The notes under the pieces were generated by a model. That model made no database searches. It was not told the DNA's origin and saw nothing but the letters and a program-made list of their open reading frames with translations. From NCBI GenBank assembly GCA_963718745.1, contig OY970370.1, positions 1,547,566 to 1,611,565 of the forward strand: a DNA stretch of 64,000 nucleotides, read 5' to 3'. A program made the translations under genes and the position numbers. Source of the stretch: Candidatus Fermentibacterota bacterium. GTDB taxonomy: Bacteria > Fermentibacterota > Fermentibacteria > Fermentibacterales > Fermentibacteraceae. This document shows positions 29,655-40,466 of this stretch, in pieces. Positions within the stretch are counted from its first letter, which is position 1, and every line of letters starts with the position of its first letter.

Positions 29655-29730
29655 TGGCGGTCCCACGGGGAATCGAACCCCGGTTTGATGGCTGAGAACC
29701 ACCCGTCCTAGACCTCTAGACGATGGGACC
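29655..29730 (-). tRNA. tRNA-Glu (anticodon CUC)
   Basis: Revcomp GGTCCCATCGTCTAGAGGTCTAGGACGGGTGGTTCTCAGCCATCAAACCGGGGTTCGATTCCCCGTGGGACCGCCA; cloverleaf with TTCTCAG anticodon loop; CCA encoded. Confidence 0.9.
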
Positions 29731-29766
29731 GCAGGCGAGGCCGGTACTATCGCCCGCGAGGGGCTT

Positions 29767-31293
29767 TTACGTCAAGACCCCTCGGCGGGTTGCCCTTCCG
29801 CCGGCTCTTCTCTGAAGAGATCGGCGTACTTCTGCTCCGATGTCCGACAGCATTGCCTGGGTCACGGGGCCGAGGGCCTCGATCGCGCGTCGCAGCCGCA
29901 TGCGCACCATGTCGGTACCCAGCAGCGCCATCGAGTCGTACAGCGGGGTGGAGGCCTTCGACCCGCTCACGGCCATGTAGAACGGTTTCGTGAGATCCCG
30001 CAGCTTGATGCCCAGCCTGTCGCTCATGGTCTTGAACATCTCCTCCACGCCTTCGGCAGTGAGACCCTGCATGCGCTCGATCTCCCAGATCGAGTACTGG
30101 AGGATCTCCTGCGACTCCTGCGGCGTCCGGCCCTTCAGGAGCAATGCTTCCGCATCGAGCGGCACGGAGTCCGAGAAGAAGAAGGAGGTGAGATGCCCCC
30201 AGTCGGAGAGGGTCTCGAGACGGGTGTGGGCAACCCGTGCAACCTTCCCGAGGTATTCCTGATTGAGCCCCCAGCTCTGGAGGCGGGCAAGAAGGGTGTC
30301 GGGCGTGAGGTCCTCCCTGATGTACCTTGCATTCAACCACCGCAGCTTGGCAAAGTCGAACACCGGGCCGCCCAGGGTGACGTCCTCGAGCCTGAACTCC
30401 CTCACCATGTCCTCGACTGTGAACTTCTCCTCCCCGCCCGGCATGCCCCAGCCCATCATCCCCAGGTAGTTGAGGAGAGCCTCCGGGAGGAAGCCCGCCT
30501 GCCTGAAATACGTGATGGAGGTGGGGTTCTTCCTCTTCGACAGCTTGCTCTTGTCCGCATTCCGCAGCAGGGGCAGGTGGCAGAAGACGGGCGGCTCCCA
30601 TCCGAACAGGCTGAAGAGGTGGACGTGCTTGGGGACGGAGTTGATCCACTCCTCGCCGCGGATGATGTGGCTGATCTTCATCAGATGGTCGTCCACCACG
30701 ACCGCGAGGTGGTATGTGGGGAATCCGTCGCTCTTCATCAGCACCTGGTCGTCGACCGTGGACCAGGCCTTCCTGATCTCTCCCCGCAGGAGGTCCGTGA
30801 AGACGCAGTCGCCCTCCAGGGGCGCCTTCATCCGTATTACGAAATGCTCGCCAGCCGTGGCCCGCCTGTCGGACTCCTCGCGCGGGATGTCCCTGCAGTG
30901 CCTGTCATAGCCGGAGCCCGCGCCCGTCCGGCGGGAGTCGCGCATGGAGTCCAGGCGCTCCTTCGTGCAGAAGCAGCGGTATGCGGCTTCCTTCGAGAGA
31001 AGGGCTTCGGCGTGCTCCCTGTAGATCGCGAGCCGCTCGCTCTGCCTGTAGGGTCCATACGGTCCGCCGACACCGGGACCCTCGTCCCACTTCAGGCCGA
31101 GCCACTCGAGGGAATCCAGGATGGCCTTTTCCGAATGCCCGGTGGACCGCTCCTGGTCGGTGTCCTCGATCCTCAGGACGAAGCTGCCGCCGTTCCGCTT
31201 CGCCCAGACATAGTCGAACAGAGCCTGGTAGGCGGTTCCGACATGCGGGTCCCCGGTCGGGGAGGGGGCGATCCTGGTCCTGACCTCCGTCAC
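29767..31293 (-). CDS. gltX: glutamyl-tRNA synthetase
   Basis: HIGH-type motif PHVGTAY and KMSKS-type KLSKRK; full-length class I GluRS; start overlaps the glnS stop. Confidence 0.95.
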   Translation of the reverse strand: MTEVRTRIAPSPTGDPHVGTAYQALFDYVWAKRNGGSFVLRIEDTDQERSTGHSEKAILDSLEWLGLKWDEGPGVGGPYGPYRQSERLAIYREHAEALLSKEAAYRCFCTKERLDSMRDSRRTGAGSGYDRHCRDIPREESDRRATAGEHFVIRMKAPLEGDCVFTDLLRGEIRKAWSTVDDQVLMKSDGFPTYHLAVVVDDHLMKISHIIRGEEWINSVPKHVHLFSLFGWEPPVFCHLPLLRNADKSKLSKRKNPTSITYFRQAGFLPEALLNYLGMMGWGMPGGEEKFTVEDMVREFRLEDVTLGGPVFDFAKLRWLNARYIREDLTPDTLLARLQSWGLNQEYLGKVARVAHTRLETLSDWGHLTSFFFSDSVPLDAEALLLKGRTPQESQEILQYSIWEIERMQGLTAEGVEEMFKTMSDRLGIKLRDLTKPFYMAVSGSKASTPLYDSMALLGTDMVRMRLRRAIEALGPVTQAMLSDIGAEVRRSLQRRAGGRATRRGVLT

Positions 31294-33032
31294 CCGTTCA
31301 CCCCCGGGGTTCCGGTCCGCTCGATCTTCGCCCAGGTGTCCCTGAGGGTGGCGGTGCGGTTGAAGACCGGCGCGCCCGGCTTCGAGTCCTGGGGGTCCGT
31401 GAAGAAGTAGCCCAGGCGCTCGAACTGCCAGCTGGAGCCGACGGGCGCTTCGGCCAGATGCTTCTCGATCAAGGCCCCGGCGACGATCTCGAGCGATCCG
31501 GGGTTCAGCTCTTCCTTCCAGTCGACACCCTCCGTGGACCCTGGGAACTCGGCCGAGAAGAGGTGGTCGTACAGCCTGACCTCGGTCGCCATGGAATGCC
31601 TCGCGGAGACCCAGTGGAGGGTCGCCTTGACCTTGCGTCCGTCCGGGGCGTCGCCGCCCCGGGTCGCGGGGTCGTATGTGCAGCGCAGTTCGGTCAGTTC
31701 ACCAGTTGAAGGGTCCTTCGTAACGCCGGTGCACTTCACGAGGTAGGCGTACCTGAGCCTGACCTCGACGCCCGGGGAGAGGCGGTGGTACTTCGGCGGC
31801 GGCACCTCGCGGAAGTCGTCACGCTCGATGTAGACCTCGCGGGAGAAGGAGATCTTCCGGGTCCCCGCCGAGAGGTCCTCGGGGTTCACGACGAAGTCGA
31901 ACTCCTCGACCAGGTCCGGAGGATAGTTCTCTATGACAACCTTTATCGGCTTGAGGACTGCCATGGCGCGCGGGGCCGTGCGGTTGAGCTCCTCCCGGAC
32001 GCAGTGCTCGAGCAGCGCGATGTCCACCACGCTGTCGCGCTTCGCTACGCCGACCCTCTCTGCGAAGGCCCGGATGGCAGCGGGCGGGTAGCCCCGGCGC
32101 CTGATCCCCGCAAGCGTCGGCATCCTGGGGTCGTCCCAGCCACGTACGCGACCTTCGTTCACGAGCTGGAGGAACTTGCGCTTGCTCATCACCGTGTGCG
32201 TCAGGTTCAACCTTGCGAACTCGATCTGGCGGGAGTGATGGATGCCTAGCTCGTCGAGGAACCAGTCGTACAGAGGCCTGTGGTCCTCGAACTCCAGCGT
32301 GCAGATCGAATGCGTGATCCCCTCGAGCGAGTCCGAGACCGGGTGGGCGTAGTCGTACATCGGATAGATGCACCATGCGTCCCCGGTCCGGTGGTGGCTG
32401 GCGCGCAGGATCCTGTAGACGACGGGATCGCGCATGTTGAGGTTGGGCGAGGACATGTCGATCCTCGCACGAAGGGTCCTCGAGCCGTCCGGAAACTCTC
32501 CTGCCCGCATCCGCCGGAACAGGTCGAGGTTCTCGGCGACGCTGCGCCCGCGCCACGGGCTGTTCCTGCCAGGCTCGGTCAGGGTGCCCCTGTACTCCTT
32601 CATCTCGTCGGCCGCGAGGTCGCAGACGTAAGCGCTGCCCTTCATGACCAGCCGCTCCGCGAAATCGTACAGCCTGTCGAAGTAGTCCGAGGCGTAGAAG
32701 AGCCTGTCCTCCCAGTCGAATCCCAGCCAGCGAACGTCGTTCATTATCGAGTCGACGTACTCGACCTCCTCCTTCGAGGGGTTCGTGTCGTCGAAGCGGA
32801 GGTTGCACAGACCTGAATACTGCTTCGCGATCCCGAAGTTCAGGCAGATGGATTTGGCGTGGCCGATGTGGAGGTAGCCGTTGGGTTCAGGAGGGAAGCG
32901 CGTGTGTACCAGCCCTCCGAAGCGCCCTGTCCTGTTGTGCTCGTCTATGATCTCGCGGATGAAGTCCCGGGCTCCGGACGATGCCCCAGCATCAGCCCCG
33001 GCAGCCGGCCTCTCGCTCGTCTTCTCGTTCAT
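31290..33032 (-). CDS. glnS: glutaminyl-tRNA synthetase
   Basis: HIGH-type NGYLHIGH and VMSKRK motifs; length and C-terminal anticodon-binding region typical of GlnRS. Confidence 0.9.
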   Translation of the reverse strand: MNEKTSERPAAGADAGASSGARDFIREIIDEHNRTGRFGGLVHTRFPPEPNGYLHIGHAKSICLNFGIAKQYSGLCNLRFDDTNPSKEEVEYVDSIMNDVRWLGFDWEDRLFYASDYFDRLYDFAERLVMKGSAYVCDLAADEMKEYRGTLTEPGRNSPWRGRSVAENLDLFRRMRAGEFPDGSRTLRARIDMSSPNLNMRDPVVYRILRASHHRTGDAWCIYPMYDYAHPVSDSLEGITHSICTLEFEDHRPLYDWFLDELGIHHSRQIEFARLNLTHTVMSKRKFLQLVNEGRVRGWDDPRMPTLAGIRRRGYPPAAIRAFAERVGVAKRDSVVDIALLEHCVREELNRTAPRAMAVLKPIKVVIENYPPDLVEEFDFVVNPEDLSAGTRKISFSREVYIERDDFREVPPPKYHRLSPGVEVRLRYAYLVKCTGVTKDPSTGELTELRCTYDPATRGGDAPDGRKVKATLHWVSARHSMATEVRLYDHLFSAEFPGSTEGVDWKEELNPGSLEIVAGALIEKHLAEAPVGSSWQFERLGYFFTDPQDSKPGAPVFNRTATLRDTWAKIERTGTPGVNG

Positions 33033-33131
33033 CGCATGGCTCCGTTATTCTGGCGACCCGCGGGTCGGTTGTGTTCGTTACGACGCCTTCGCGCACGTTG
33101 AAGCATGCCTGCAGCCTGCAGGAGACGGATT

Positions 33132-33926
33132 CTACTGCTGCGGGATATCGGTGCGCCAGGGCTCGGACAGCCCCCTGTACTGGGCGAACCGCCTGCCGCG
33201 GATGAGGATGGCGTTGACAGGACAGATCGACTGGCAGCGCATGCAGCTTTCGCAGCGGTCGGCGAACTCCGGCAGGGTCGTCATCCTGATGTTGCTCGAG
33301 GGGCAGTGTGCGGCGCAGAGGCCGCAACGGGTGCAGACGGACTGGTCCACCGAGATGGGCAGACCCTTTCTCATCCCCGCGAAAGGCCTGTCGTTCGCCA
33401 TGTATTTCGCGACCAGGTCGGGCAGCCCGGGTATGCGCCGCCAGACAGCCCTGCCCTCGGCAAGGGCGGACGCGAATTCCGAGACACTGCGGAGGGCCTT
33501 CTCCCTCTGAGCCGCGTTCCGCTTCTCGTTCTGCGATGTCAGAAGGAAGTTGGAAGGCATCCTTATGCGTTTCGCTCCGAGCGGCCGGTATCCCTTTGCG
33601 GTGACGAGTTCGCGCATCGGCCCCACGAGGCCCCCGGTGGCTCCGGCCATCGTGACCAGGAGGAACACGCCCTTCCCTCCCCCGGGCCTGAGATTCTTCA
33701 CGAACCGCCACACGAGCGGATAAGTGGTGAAGGCCGCCGCAGGGCAGGCTATGCCTATCGAGCCGGACGAATAGAGCGTTGCAGGATCGGTGTCCTCTAT
33801 CGCCCTGAGGTTGGTCTCGATCCCGCGGATCGAGAAATCCGCGGCCATGCGCCCCGCAGCGAGTGCCGTGTTCCCCGTGCCGGAGAAGAAGCAGAGATCG
33901 ATCGGACCCTCGGGTATCATTTCCAC
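33132..33926 (-). CDS. EFR1-like ferredoxin (flavodoxin-like domain plus two 4Fe-4S motifs)
   Basis: N-terminal CFFSGTGNT; C-terminal CTRCGLCAAHCP and CESCMRCQSICP. Confidence 0.6.
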   Translation of the reverse strand: MEMIPEGPIDLCFFSGTGNTALAAGRMAADFSIRGIETNLRAIEDTDPATLYSSGSIGIACPAAAFTTYPLVWRFVKNLRPGGGKGVFLLVTMAGATGGLVGPMRELVTAKGYRPLGAKRIRMPSNFLLTSQNEKRNAAQREKALRSVSEFASALAEGRAVWRRIPGLPDLVAKYMANDRPFAGMRKGLPISVDQSVCTRCGLCAAHCPSSNIRMTTLPEFADRCESCMRCQSICPVNAILIRGRRFAQYRGLSEPWRTDIPQQ

Positions 33927-33988
33927 CAGACTTCCCTTGCATCAATACCTGCAATGAAACATACACATCCGGAAGGGATGTGAATACG

Positions 33989-35077
33989 ATGGCGGAAAAG
34001 GTGCTCCTGGCGATGAGCGGCGGGCTGGACTCGACCGTTGCCGCCATGCTCCTCCTGGACGCAGGCTGCGAAGTCACGGGCGTGACCTTCACCGTCAAGC
34101 CGCGACCGGGCCTGCCCTCGTGCGCCCTGTCGTCGGGGAGCTCCGCCGCCTCCGCGTCCTCCTCCGCACGGAAACTCGGCATCCCGCACCACGAGGCGGA
34201 CCTGTCCGGGGAGTTCATCTCGAGCGTCCTCGAGCCCTTCAGGCAGGGATACCTGTCGGGCCTGACCCCGAATCCTTGCACCGTGTGCAACGGCGCGATC
34301 AAGTTCGGCGCCCTTCCCCGATGGGCTTCGGCGGCAGGTATCGCGTTCGACCTCGTGGCCACCGGGCATTATGCCGGAACGAGGATCGGATCGGACGGAG
34401 GAGTCGATCTGGTCCGAGGCAGGGACCACAGGAAGGACCAGTCCTACTTCCTGGCCATGCTCGCGCCGGATCAGCTTGCCCGCGCTTTGTTCCCTCTGGC
34501 GGAGCTGACCAAGGACGGTGTCCGGGAATTGGCCGGGCAGCGCGGCTTCGAACAGGTTGCCGGGCGGCCGGAGAGCCAGGATTTCGCCGGCCCCGGCGGG
34601 CTAGGGTCCATCCTGGGTTCGGAGGGGCTCCGGCCGGGTCCTGTTCTCTCGGTCGACGGCAGGGTTCTGGGCGCCCACGGCGGATGGGCGCTCTTCACGA
34701 GGGGGCAGCGCCACGGGCTGGACATCGGGGGCGGGTCCGAACCCCAGTACGTGATCCGCACGGATCCTTCGGACTGCACGGTCACCACGGGACCGCGGAG
34801 CGACCTCATGTCGGACCGGCTCGAGGCCGGACCGATGAACTGGCATCTCCGAGGGGGTCTACCCCGGGAGTTCGAGGCGGAGGCTGCCATCAGGAGCACC
34901 GGCGCGCCTCGCCGCGTGAAGGTCGGCCTGCTCGATCCGGAGGGCGCCTGCGTCGAGGTGTTGTTCGAGGAGCCAGTGTTCGCCGTAACCCCGGGCCAGC
35001 TGCTCGTGCTGTACGACGGGGACAGGGTCCTGGGGGCCGGAACGATCCGCGGTCATCGGAACGGCCGGGGCGCCTGA
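33989..35077 (+). CDS. mnmA: tRNA 2-thiouridine(34) synthase MnmA
   Basis: PP-loop LAMSGGLDSTVAA; C-terminal TPGQLLVLYDGDRVLGAGTI; start inside ORF 33863 with RBS. Confidence 0.9.
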   Translation: MAEKVLLAMSGGLDSTVAAMLLLDAGCEVTGVTFTVKPRPGLPSCALSSGSSAASASSSARKLGIPHHEADLSGEFISSVLEPFRQGYLSGLTPNPCTVCNGAIKFGALPRWASAAGIAFDLVATGHYAGTRIGSDGGVDLVRGRDHRKDQSYFLAMLAPDQLARALFPLAELTKDGVRELAGQRGFEQVAGRPESQDFAGPGGLGSILGSEGLRPGPVLSVDGRVLGAHGGWALFTRGQRHGLDIGGGSEPQYVIRTDPSDCTVTTGPRSDLMSDRLEAGPMNWHLRGGLPREFEAEAAIRSTGAPRRVKVGLLDPEGACVEVLFEEPVFAVTPGQLLVLYDGDRVLGAGTIRGHRNGRGA

Positions 35078-35129
35078 AGGGTTTGTTCGAGGATGTCCGG
35101 TAACCCGGGGTGAGCTCCGGGATCCGGGA

Positions 35130-35924
35130 TCAGCCTTGCCGCCCGGCCCGGGGTTCTGCGCCCGACCTGCCGAGGAACCGGAGCAGGGCGTCCAGGATCG
35201 TCAGGGGATGCGGAGGGCAGCCGGGGATGAAGAGGTCTACCGGCAGAAGCGAGCCGATCCCTCCACAGGTCTTCGGGTTGTCGGAGTAGAGCCCGCCCGA
35301 AATCGCGCAGGTTCCGGTCGCGATGACGATCTTCGGGTCCGGGACGGCCTCGTATGTCGCAAGCAGGGCATCCTTCATGTTCGTCGTGACCGGCCCGGTG
35401 ACCAGGAGTCCGTCCGCATGGCGCGGCGAGGCGACGAACTGGATCCCGAACCTCCCGAGATCCCAGCCCACCGTTCCCAGGACGTTGGAATCGGCCTCGC
35501 AGGCATTGCAGCCGCCCGCGCTGACCTGCCGGAGCTTGAGCGACCGCCCGAAGAGCGATGCGGCTGACTCCGCAAAGACCGGCGGCGGTTCCGCGCCTCC
35601 GCCCGCCTTCACGACCAGGTCACCGCGGGTCCTGGCTGCCAGGCGGTAGTCTTCCGTGAATCTGATCGAGCACGCGGGGCAGACCCTCGCGCACTCCCCG
35701 CAGAAGATGCAGCGGCCCGTGTCCAGCGTGATCTCGCCCGACGGCCCGTTCCCGATGGCGCCGGTGGGGCATCCCGCTATGCATGCCATGCAGCCTTCCG
35801 GGCATTTCGAGGCTTCTATCTGGGGACGGCCCGCGAAGCGCGCAGGCAGCGCAGGAGGCGGTCCGTCCGGGTACCGGATCGTCCTGAACTTCTGGCGGGC
35901 TCTCGCCATGAGGATCCTCAGCAT
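35130..35924 (-). CDS. fused 2x[4Fe-4S] ferredoxin (HycF/NuoI-like) and hydrogenase small subunit (HycG/EchC/NuoB-like)
   Basis: N-terminal CPEGCMACIAGCP and CIFCGECARVCP; C-terminal GGCNACE, RFGIQFVASPRHAD, PDPKIVIATGTC, IPGCPPHP. Confidence 0.8.
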   Translation of the reverse strand: MLRILMARARQKFRTIRYPDGPPPALPARFAGRPQIEASKCPEGCMACIAGCPTGAIGNGPSGEITLDTGRCIFCGECARVCPACSIRFTEDYRLAARTRGDLVVKAGGGAEPPPVFAESAASLFGRSLKLRQVSAGGCNACEADSNVLGTVGWDLGRFGIQFVASPRHADGLLVTGPVTTNMKDALLATYEAVPDPKIVIATGTCAISGGLYSDNPKTCGGIGSLLPVDLFIPGCPPHPLTILDALLRFLGRSGAEPRAGRQG

Positions 35925-35936
35925 CGGTGGGACCCC

Positions 35937-37409
35937 CTAGAGGTCATGTCCGCAGTAGGACAGGTTGAAGCTCTTGTTGCACAGGGGGAAGTCCGAGATC
36001 TGCTGCCCGCGGAGCGCGCAGGCCAGCCCGAACCAGTTCCGGAACGAGGGATCCACGACCTTGCAGCGGCTGAAACCCCCGCGGTCGTCCGTGATCAGGA
36101 CATGGCAGATCTCTCCGCGCCAGCCCTCCGCCAGGGAGACCGCCATCCCGTTCCGCGGCAGCGCGCCCGTATCGACATGGACCGGGCCGTCCGGGAGGCT
36201 TCCGAGCTGTTCCAGGATGAATGCGGCCGATCTCTGTACCTCCATCCACCGGACGAGGGCGCGGGCGAAGACGTCACCCGAATCCCAGACCGAGAGCGGG
36301 ATGTGGGACATCCGGTAGATGCCCGAAGGGAAGTCACGGCGCACGTCCTTCTCGAGCCCGCTGGCCCTGGCGGCCGGTCCGGAAAGGCCGATGGACGCCG
36401 CGAGGCCGGCGGGAACGGTCCCGGTGCCCTCGAACCGCGACAGGACGGAAGGGGTCTCCCACAGCAGGCCCACGGCCCCCTCTGCGTCCCGGAGCGCCGT
36501 CCTGAGCCTGTCCGAGAGGTCCCGCGCCGTCTCCCCGTCGATGTCCCGGGCCAGGCCTCCCGGCCGGAGCAGCCCCCGGCCGAACCTGTTGCCGCACATG
36601 CCCGCCGTTATGTTGAGGACATCCCCCCTGATCCTCCCGCAGTACGACATGGTGGGGAGGAAACCGACGTCGCCCGCCATCGCGCCCAGGTCGCCTACGT
36701 GGTTGGCCATCCTCTCCAGCTCGAGCGCCACGCCCCGGAGGACCTGCGCCCTCGCAGGGACGTCCGTTCCGCACAGAGCCTCGAATGCCGAGCAGTACGC
36801 GGTCGCATGGCCGATGGAGGTGTCTCCCGCGATCGTCTCGACGATGCGGAGCCTCCGGTAGTCCGGCCTGCCCTTCAGCGCCTCCTCGACTCCCCTGTGC
36901 TGGTATCCGAGGGCGATCTCGAGGTGATAAACCGTCTCGCCGTGGCACAGGAACCTGAAGTGGCCGGGCTCGATCACGCCCGCGTGCACGGGGCCGACGG
37001 CGACTTCGTGGATCTCCGCGCCCCTTATCCTGAAGAAGTTGTTCGTCTCCGCAGAAGGCGGGCCGGGGGGGTACCTGACCGGTTTCAACCACGGGTGCCC
37101 CCTGAACTCGATCCCGTACCCCTCGGCGGCCTCGCGCTCGAACATCTGCGCCTGCGGGCAGTCGGGCACCAGCGAGTCCATCCCGCCCGAGGGGCGGGTG
37201 GAGAATACCGAGATCTGGCCGGTGCCAGGCTTCGACATCACCGCGTACATCGTCAGGCTGTCCTGGAGCCGGCATGCGAAGAGCGCGGAAATGGCCGCCC
37301 CGCCCTGCACCGAATCCAGAACGCCCTGCCTGAACTCCGCCCTTGTGAGGAGGGGGATCTCGGCGAGCGGCACGGGTCCTCCGCCCTGGAACAGCGCTGT
37401 GCGTGTCAC
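35937..37409 (-). CDS. NuoC/NuoD-fusion large subunit (HycE-like) lacking NiFe-ligating CxxC motifs
   Basis: C-terminal 490 aa of ORF 35937..38888; GTG start overlaps the stop of the upstream gene; NuoC-like (YAVMS...ISVFSTR...FEREAAEGYGIEFRGHP) then NuoD-like domain; the L1 position reads TIAGDTSIGH and the C-terminus is NLSYCGHDL. Confidence 0.8.
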   Translation of the reverse strand: MTRTALFQGGGPVPLAEIPLLTRAEFRQGVLDSVQGGAAISALFACRLQDSLTMYAVMSKPGTGQISVFSTRPSGGMDSLVPDCPQAQMFEREAAEGYGIEFRGHPWLKPVRYPPGPPSAETNNFFRIRGAEIHEVAVGPVHAGVIEPGHFRFLCHGETVYHLEIALGYQHRGVEEALKGRPDYRRLRIVETIAGDTSIGHATAYCSAFEALCGTDVPARAQVLRGVALELERMANHVGDLGAMAGDVGFLPTMSYCGRIRGDVLNITAGMCGNRFGRGLLRPGGLARDIDGETARDLSDRLRTALRDAEGAVGLLWETPSVLSRFEGTGTVPAGLAASIGLSGPAARASGLEKDVRRDFPSGIYRMSHIPLSVWDSGDVFARALVRWMEVQRSAAFILEQLGSLPDGPVHVDTGALPRNGMAVSLAEGWRGEICHVLITDDRGGFSRCKVVDPSFRNWFGLACALRGQQISDFPLCNKSFNLSYCGHDL

Positions 37410-38888
37410 GGCAGCACCTCGATCACGGACGCGGCGGAGGCCAGGGCTTCCCTGAGGAATGGCGGCATCCATATCCCGAGGACGAGCAGGACTATCATGG
37501 GCACTGCGACTAGCAGCAGGTCGGGTAGCGTCGTGACGGCCTTCAGTGCGGGCCGTTCGGGCGGCATCCATGCCATCGGGATGGCGTGCCGGAGGATCCC
37601 GATGAAGGCGATCGAGACGCCGGCGAGGAAGAGGATCGCCACGAACACGGCGCCCGAGTCGAATGCCGTGCGGAGGATCATGAACTCGGTGAGGAAGATC
37701 GCGAACGGGGCTGTCCCCGTCAGGGCGAGGAGCGAAGCCAGCAGGCCCGCGCCCCACACCGGGGCGGACGAGAGGGTGCCGCGGATCCTGCGCATGTCGT
37801 TGGACCCGCTGATCGCGATGAGCCTCCCGGCTGACAGGAATGCGGTGCTCTTGGCAAGGGAGTGGGACAGGGCGTGCAACATCGCCGCGAGGGCTCCCGC
37901 TCCACCGAGACCGGCGCCGAGCGCGATTATCCCGATGTGCTCGAGGCTGGAGTACGCGAGCAGCCGCTTCAGATCCCTCTGCACCACGATGAAGGCCGCC
38001 GCTGTGAGTATCGAGGCGAGACCCGCCGCGATCAGGATGCTCCTGCCCCAGCCATGGCCGCCTGTCGCCGCCTCCACTATCGGGAGGCAGCGGAAGATGC
38101 AGTACAGGGCTGCGTTCAGGAGGAAGCCCGAGAACACGGCCGAAACGGGGGCGGGCGCCTGGCTGTGCGCGTCGGGCAGCCAGTTGTGCATCGGCGCGAG
38201 CCCCGCTTTCGTCCCGTAGCCCACGACCATGAAGATGAAACCCGCCTTGAGGAGGGTGACGTCCAGGCCGGATGCTGATGCGGCCAGGCTCGTCCAGAGA
38301 AGGGACTCGGTCCCGCGAAGCGAAGTAGGACCCGCCGAAGCCGCGAAGAGGAGGGTGCCTGTGAAGGCCAGGGCGACACCCACGGAGCACATCAGCAGAT
38401 ACTTCCACATGGCCTCGAGGGAGCCCGGCGTGGTGTGAACGCATATCAGGAAAGCGCTCAGGAGCGTCGTCGCCTCTATCCCGACCCACATCACCCCGAG
38501 GTTGTTGGACAGGAGAACGACGAGCATCGCGAAGAGCGAGCCGAACCAGAGCCCCCCGAATCGGCGGGCGGACCGGATGTCGAAAGAGCCGGCGGCGAGT
38601 CTCGTTCTCGAAGTAGCCGGGGGCCTGCAGCGCAGCGAGCGTGAATACGACGCCCATTATCAGGAGATGGAAGGCCGAGAGTGCGTCCAGCCTCAGCCAG
38701 CCGCCCGGTACCGTGACCGGGCCGCCTCCCAGCACAACGAATGCCGCCGCGCCCATGAGGATGCACGTGAAGACCGTGCCCAGGGCGCACAGGCGGAGCG
38801 CCGACCGGGGCGTGCCGGAGAACAGGCTCGCCGCGGCAAGCAGCACGGGAAGGGCCAGCATCGCGGTGATCATCAGGGTCGCCGTCAT
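37406..38888 (-). CDS. HyfF/NuoN-like antiporter-type membrane subunit, frame-disrupted near 38560-38600
   Basis: N-terminal ~96 aa in the frame of ORF 35937..38888 and the remaining 373 aa in ORF 37406..38527; both parts are NuoL/M/N-family TM sequence. Confidence 0.7.
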
Positions 38889-38891
38889 GCG

Positions 38892-39536
38892 TCAGCCCCT
38901 CAGCCTGGAGAGGCGGTCGGAGTCTATGTGGTCGAACTCCGAGTTGATCCTGTAGATGGCTATGCCCATCACGAACACGGCCACGAACATGTCCATCAGG
39001 ACGCCGATCTCCACGAGGAAGGGGACGTCCCTGACGAGTGCCAGGCTGAACGCGTAGATGCCGTTCTCGAGGACCAGGTAGCCCAGGACCTGGTTGACTG
39101 CGGTCCGCCTTGCGACAAGCAGGAAGAGCCCCGTGGACATGAGCGTGAACGAGACTGGGACCATCATGGCGGCGGATGACTGCCGGGGCAGGTCCAGCCT
39201 CCCGTCCAGCCAGAAGGAGGCGGAGAGGGCCAGGACGCCTATCAGGAGAGACGGCACGTACCCGACGAAAGGCTTGACCTCGCGGCTGGTCGCGGACTCC
39301 CTCAGGGCCTTCCTCAGCAGGTTCGGGAACACGAAGCCCTTGAGGGCGAAAACGGCAAGGCCGAGAACCGCTATCCTTATCGAAAGGCCGTCCTCCGCGG
39401 TCACGACGGGCAGCAGGCCGACCAGCATCCCCTGCCAGGCTGCGGTCCTTATGCAGTTCCCGAGCCTGCTCGAGCCGAGCAGCACGAAGTTGGAGAGCAT
39501 GAGGCCCACGAGCACGAGGTCCATCCAGGCCGTCAC
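38892..39536 (-). CDS. HyfE-like small membrane subunit
   Basis: 214-aa polytopic membrane protein in operon position and size matching hydrogenase-4 component E. Confidence 0.7.
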   Translation of the reverse strand: MTAWMDLVLVGLMLSNFVLLGSSRLGNCIRTAAWQGMLVGLLPVVTAEDGLSIRIAVLGLAVFALKGFVFPNLLRKALRESATSREVKPFVGYVPSLLIGVLALSASFWLDGRLDLPRQSSAAMMVPVSFTLMSTGLFLLVARRTAVNQVLGYLVLENGIYAFSLALVRDVPFLVEIGVLMDMFVAVFVMGIAIYRINSEFDHIDSDRLSRLRG

Positions 39537-40453
39537 GGTATGAACCTCGATGCCAGGATGAAGGCGAGTACCGACAGCGCGCCCGCCGCCGCGAGGAGCT
39601 GGGGTGCCCTGGTCAGGCTCAGCCTAGCCATCACTGATTCGGCGACGCCGACGAGAACCCCTGTCAGGAGCATGACACCCAGGAAGGCGGCGAGGTATGG
39701 ATATCCCCCGAGCCCGAAGGGGGAGAGGAGCAGGCCTGCGAACAGGGAGCCGAAGAGCCAGAGCTTGAGCGAGGCGCCGTATGTCACCAGGGCGAAGTCC
39801 GGGCCTGAGCTGTCGAGGACCATCACCTCGTGGACCATCGTCAGTTCAAGGTGGGTGTCGGGGTCGTCGAAGGGGATCCTCGAGTTCTCGGCGAGCAGGA
39901 TTATGAAGAACGACACCGCCACCAGCGCGGGAGCGGTTTCCGCGGAGATCCAGCCTGCGCTCCCCAGGCCCGCGAACATGCCCGGGAGGGAAGCGGAGCC
40001 CGAAATCCTCGACAGCGCCGCGAGACCGGTCAGCAGGGCCGGTTCCGCCAGGGCCGAATAGAGTACCTCCCGGCTCGCGCCCATCCCCTCGAAGCTGGAG
40101 CCGCAGTCCAGTGCCGCTGCGACAGTGAAGAACCTTGACAGACCGAGGATGTACGCGAAGAAGATCATGTCTCCCGCGAATCCCCAGCCGGGCTGGTTCC
40201 CGGCGGGCGCAAGGATCACGAGCGAGGCGAGGACGCATGCTATCGAAAGAGACGGGGCGAGCTTGAAGATCCATGTCGATGTGGAACTGAAGACGGCGCC
40301 CTTCCGCAGCAGCTTGGAGATGTCGCGGTACTGCTGGAGGAGGGGCGCGCCCCTCCTTCCGGCGAAGACGGCCTTGGTCCTGTTCACGACCCCTGCGAGC
40401 AGGGGGGCCAGCAGGAGCCCCGCGAAGACGAACAGCAGACCCTCGGTGCTCAT
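39533..40453 (-). CDS. HyfC/HycD/NuoH-like membrane subunit
   Basis: 306-aa polytopic protein with NuoH-like conserved acidic/aromatic loops; 4-nt overlap with the next gene. Confidence 0.8.
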   Translation of the reverse strand: MSTEGLLFVFAGLLLAPLLAGVVNRTKAVFAGRRGAPLLQQYRDISKLLRKGAVFSSTSTWIFKLAPSLSIACVLASLVILAPAGNQPGWGFAGDMIFFAYILGLSRFFTVAAALDCGSSFEGMGASREVLYSALAEPALLTGLAALSRISGSASLPGMFAGLGSAGWISAETAPALVAVSFFIILLAENSRIPFDDPDTHLELTMVHEVMVLDSSGPDFALVTYGASLKLWLFGSLFAGLLLSPFGLGGYPYLAAFLGVMLLTGVLVGVAESVMARLSLTRAPQLLAAAGALSVLAFILASRFIP

Positions 40454-40466
40454 CGCCGCGCCCCCG

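Noticed and set aside
35946-38219. 757-aa plus-strand ORF
   Set aside because: Antisense to the large-subunit and HyfF-like genes, whose translations show strong family motifs.
35937-38888. Single 983-aa ORF spanning two hydrogenase-complex genes
   Set aside because: A read-through artefact: the central ~380 residues are Arg/Pro/Gly-rich non-protein sequence, and the real genes are the HyfF-like subunit (other frame) and the 490-aa large subunit starting at a GTG at 37409.
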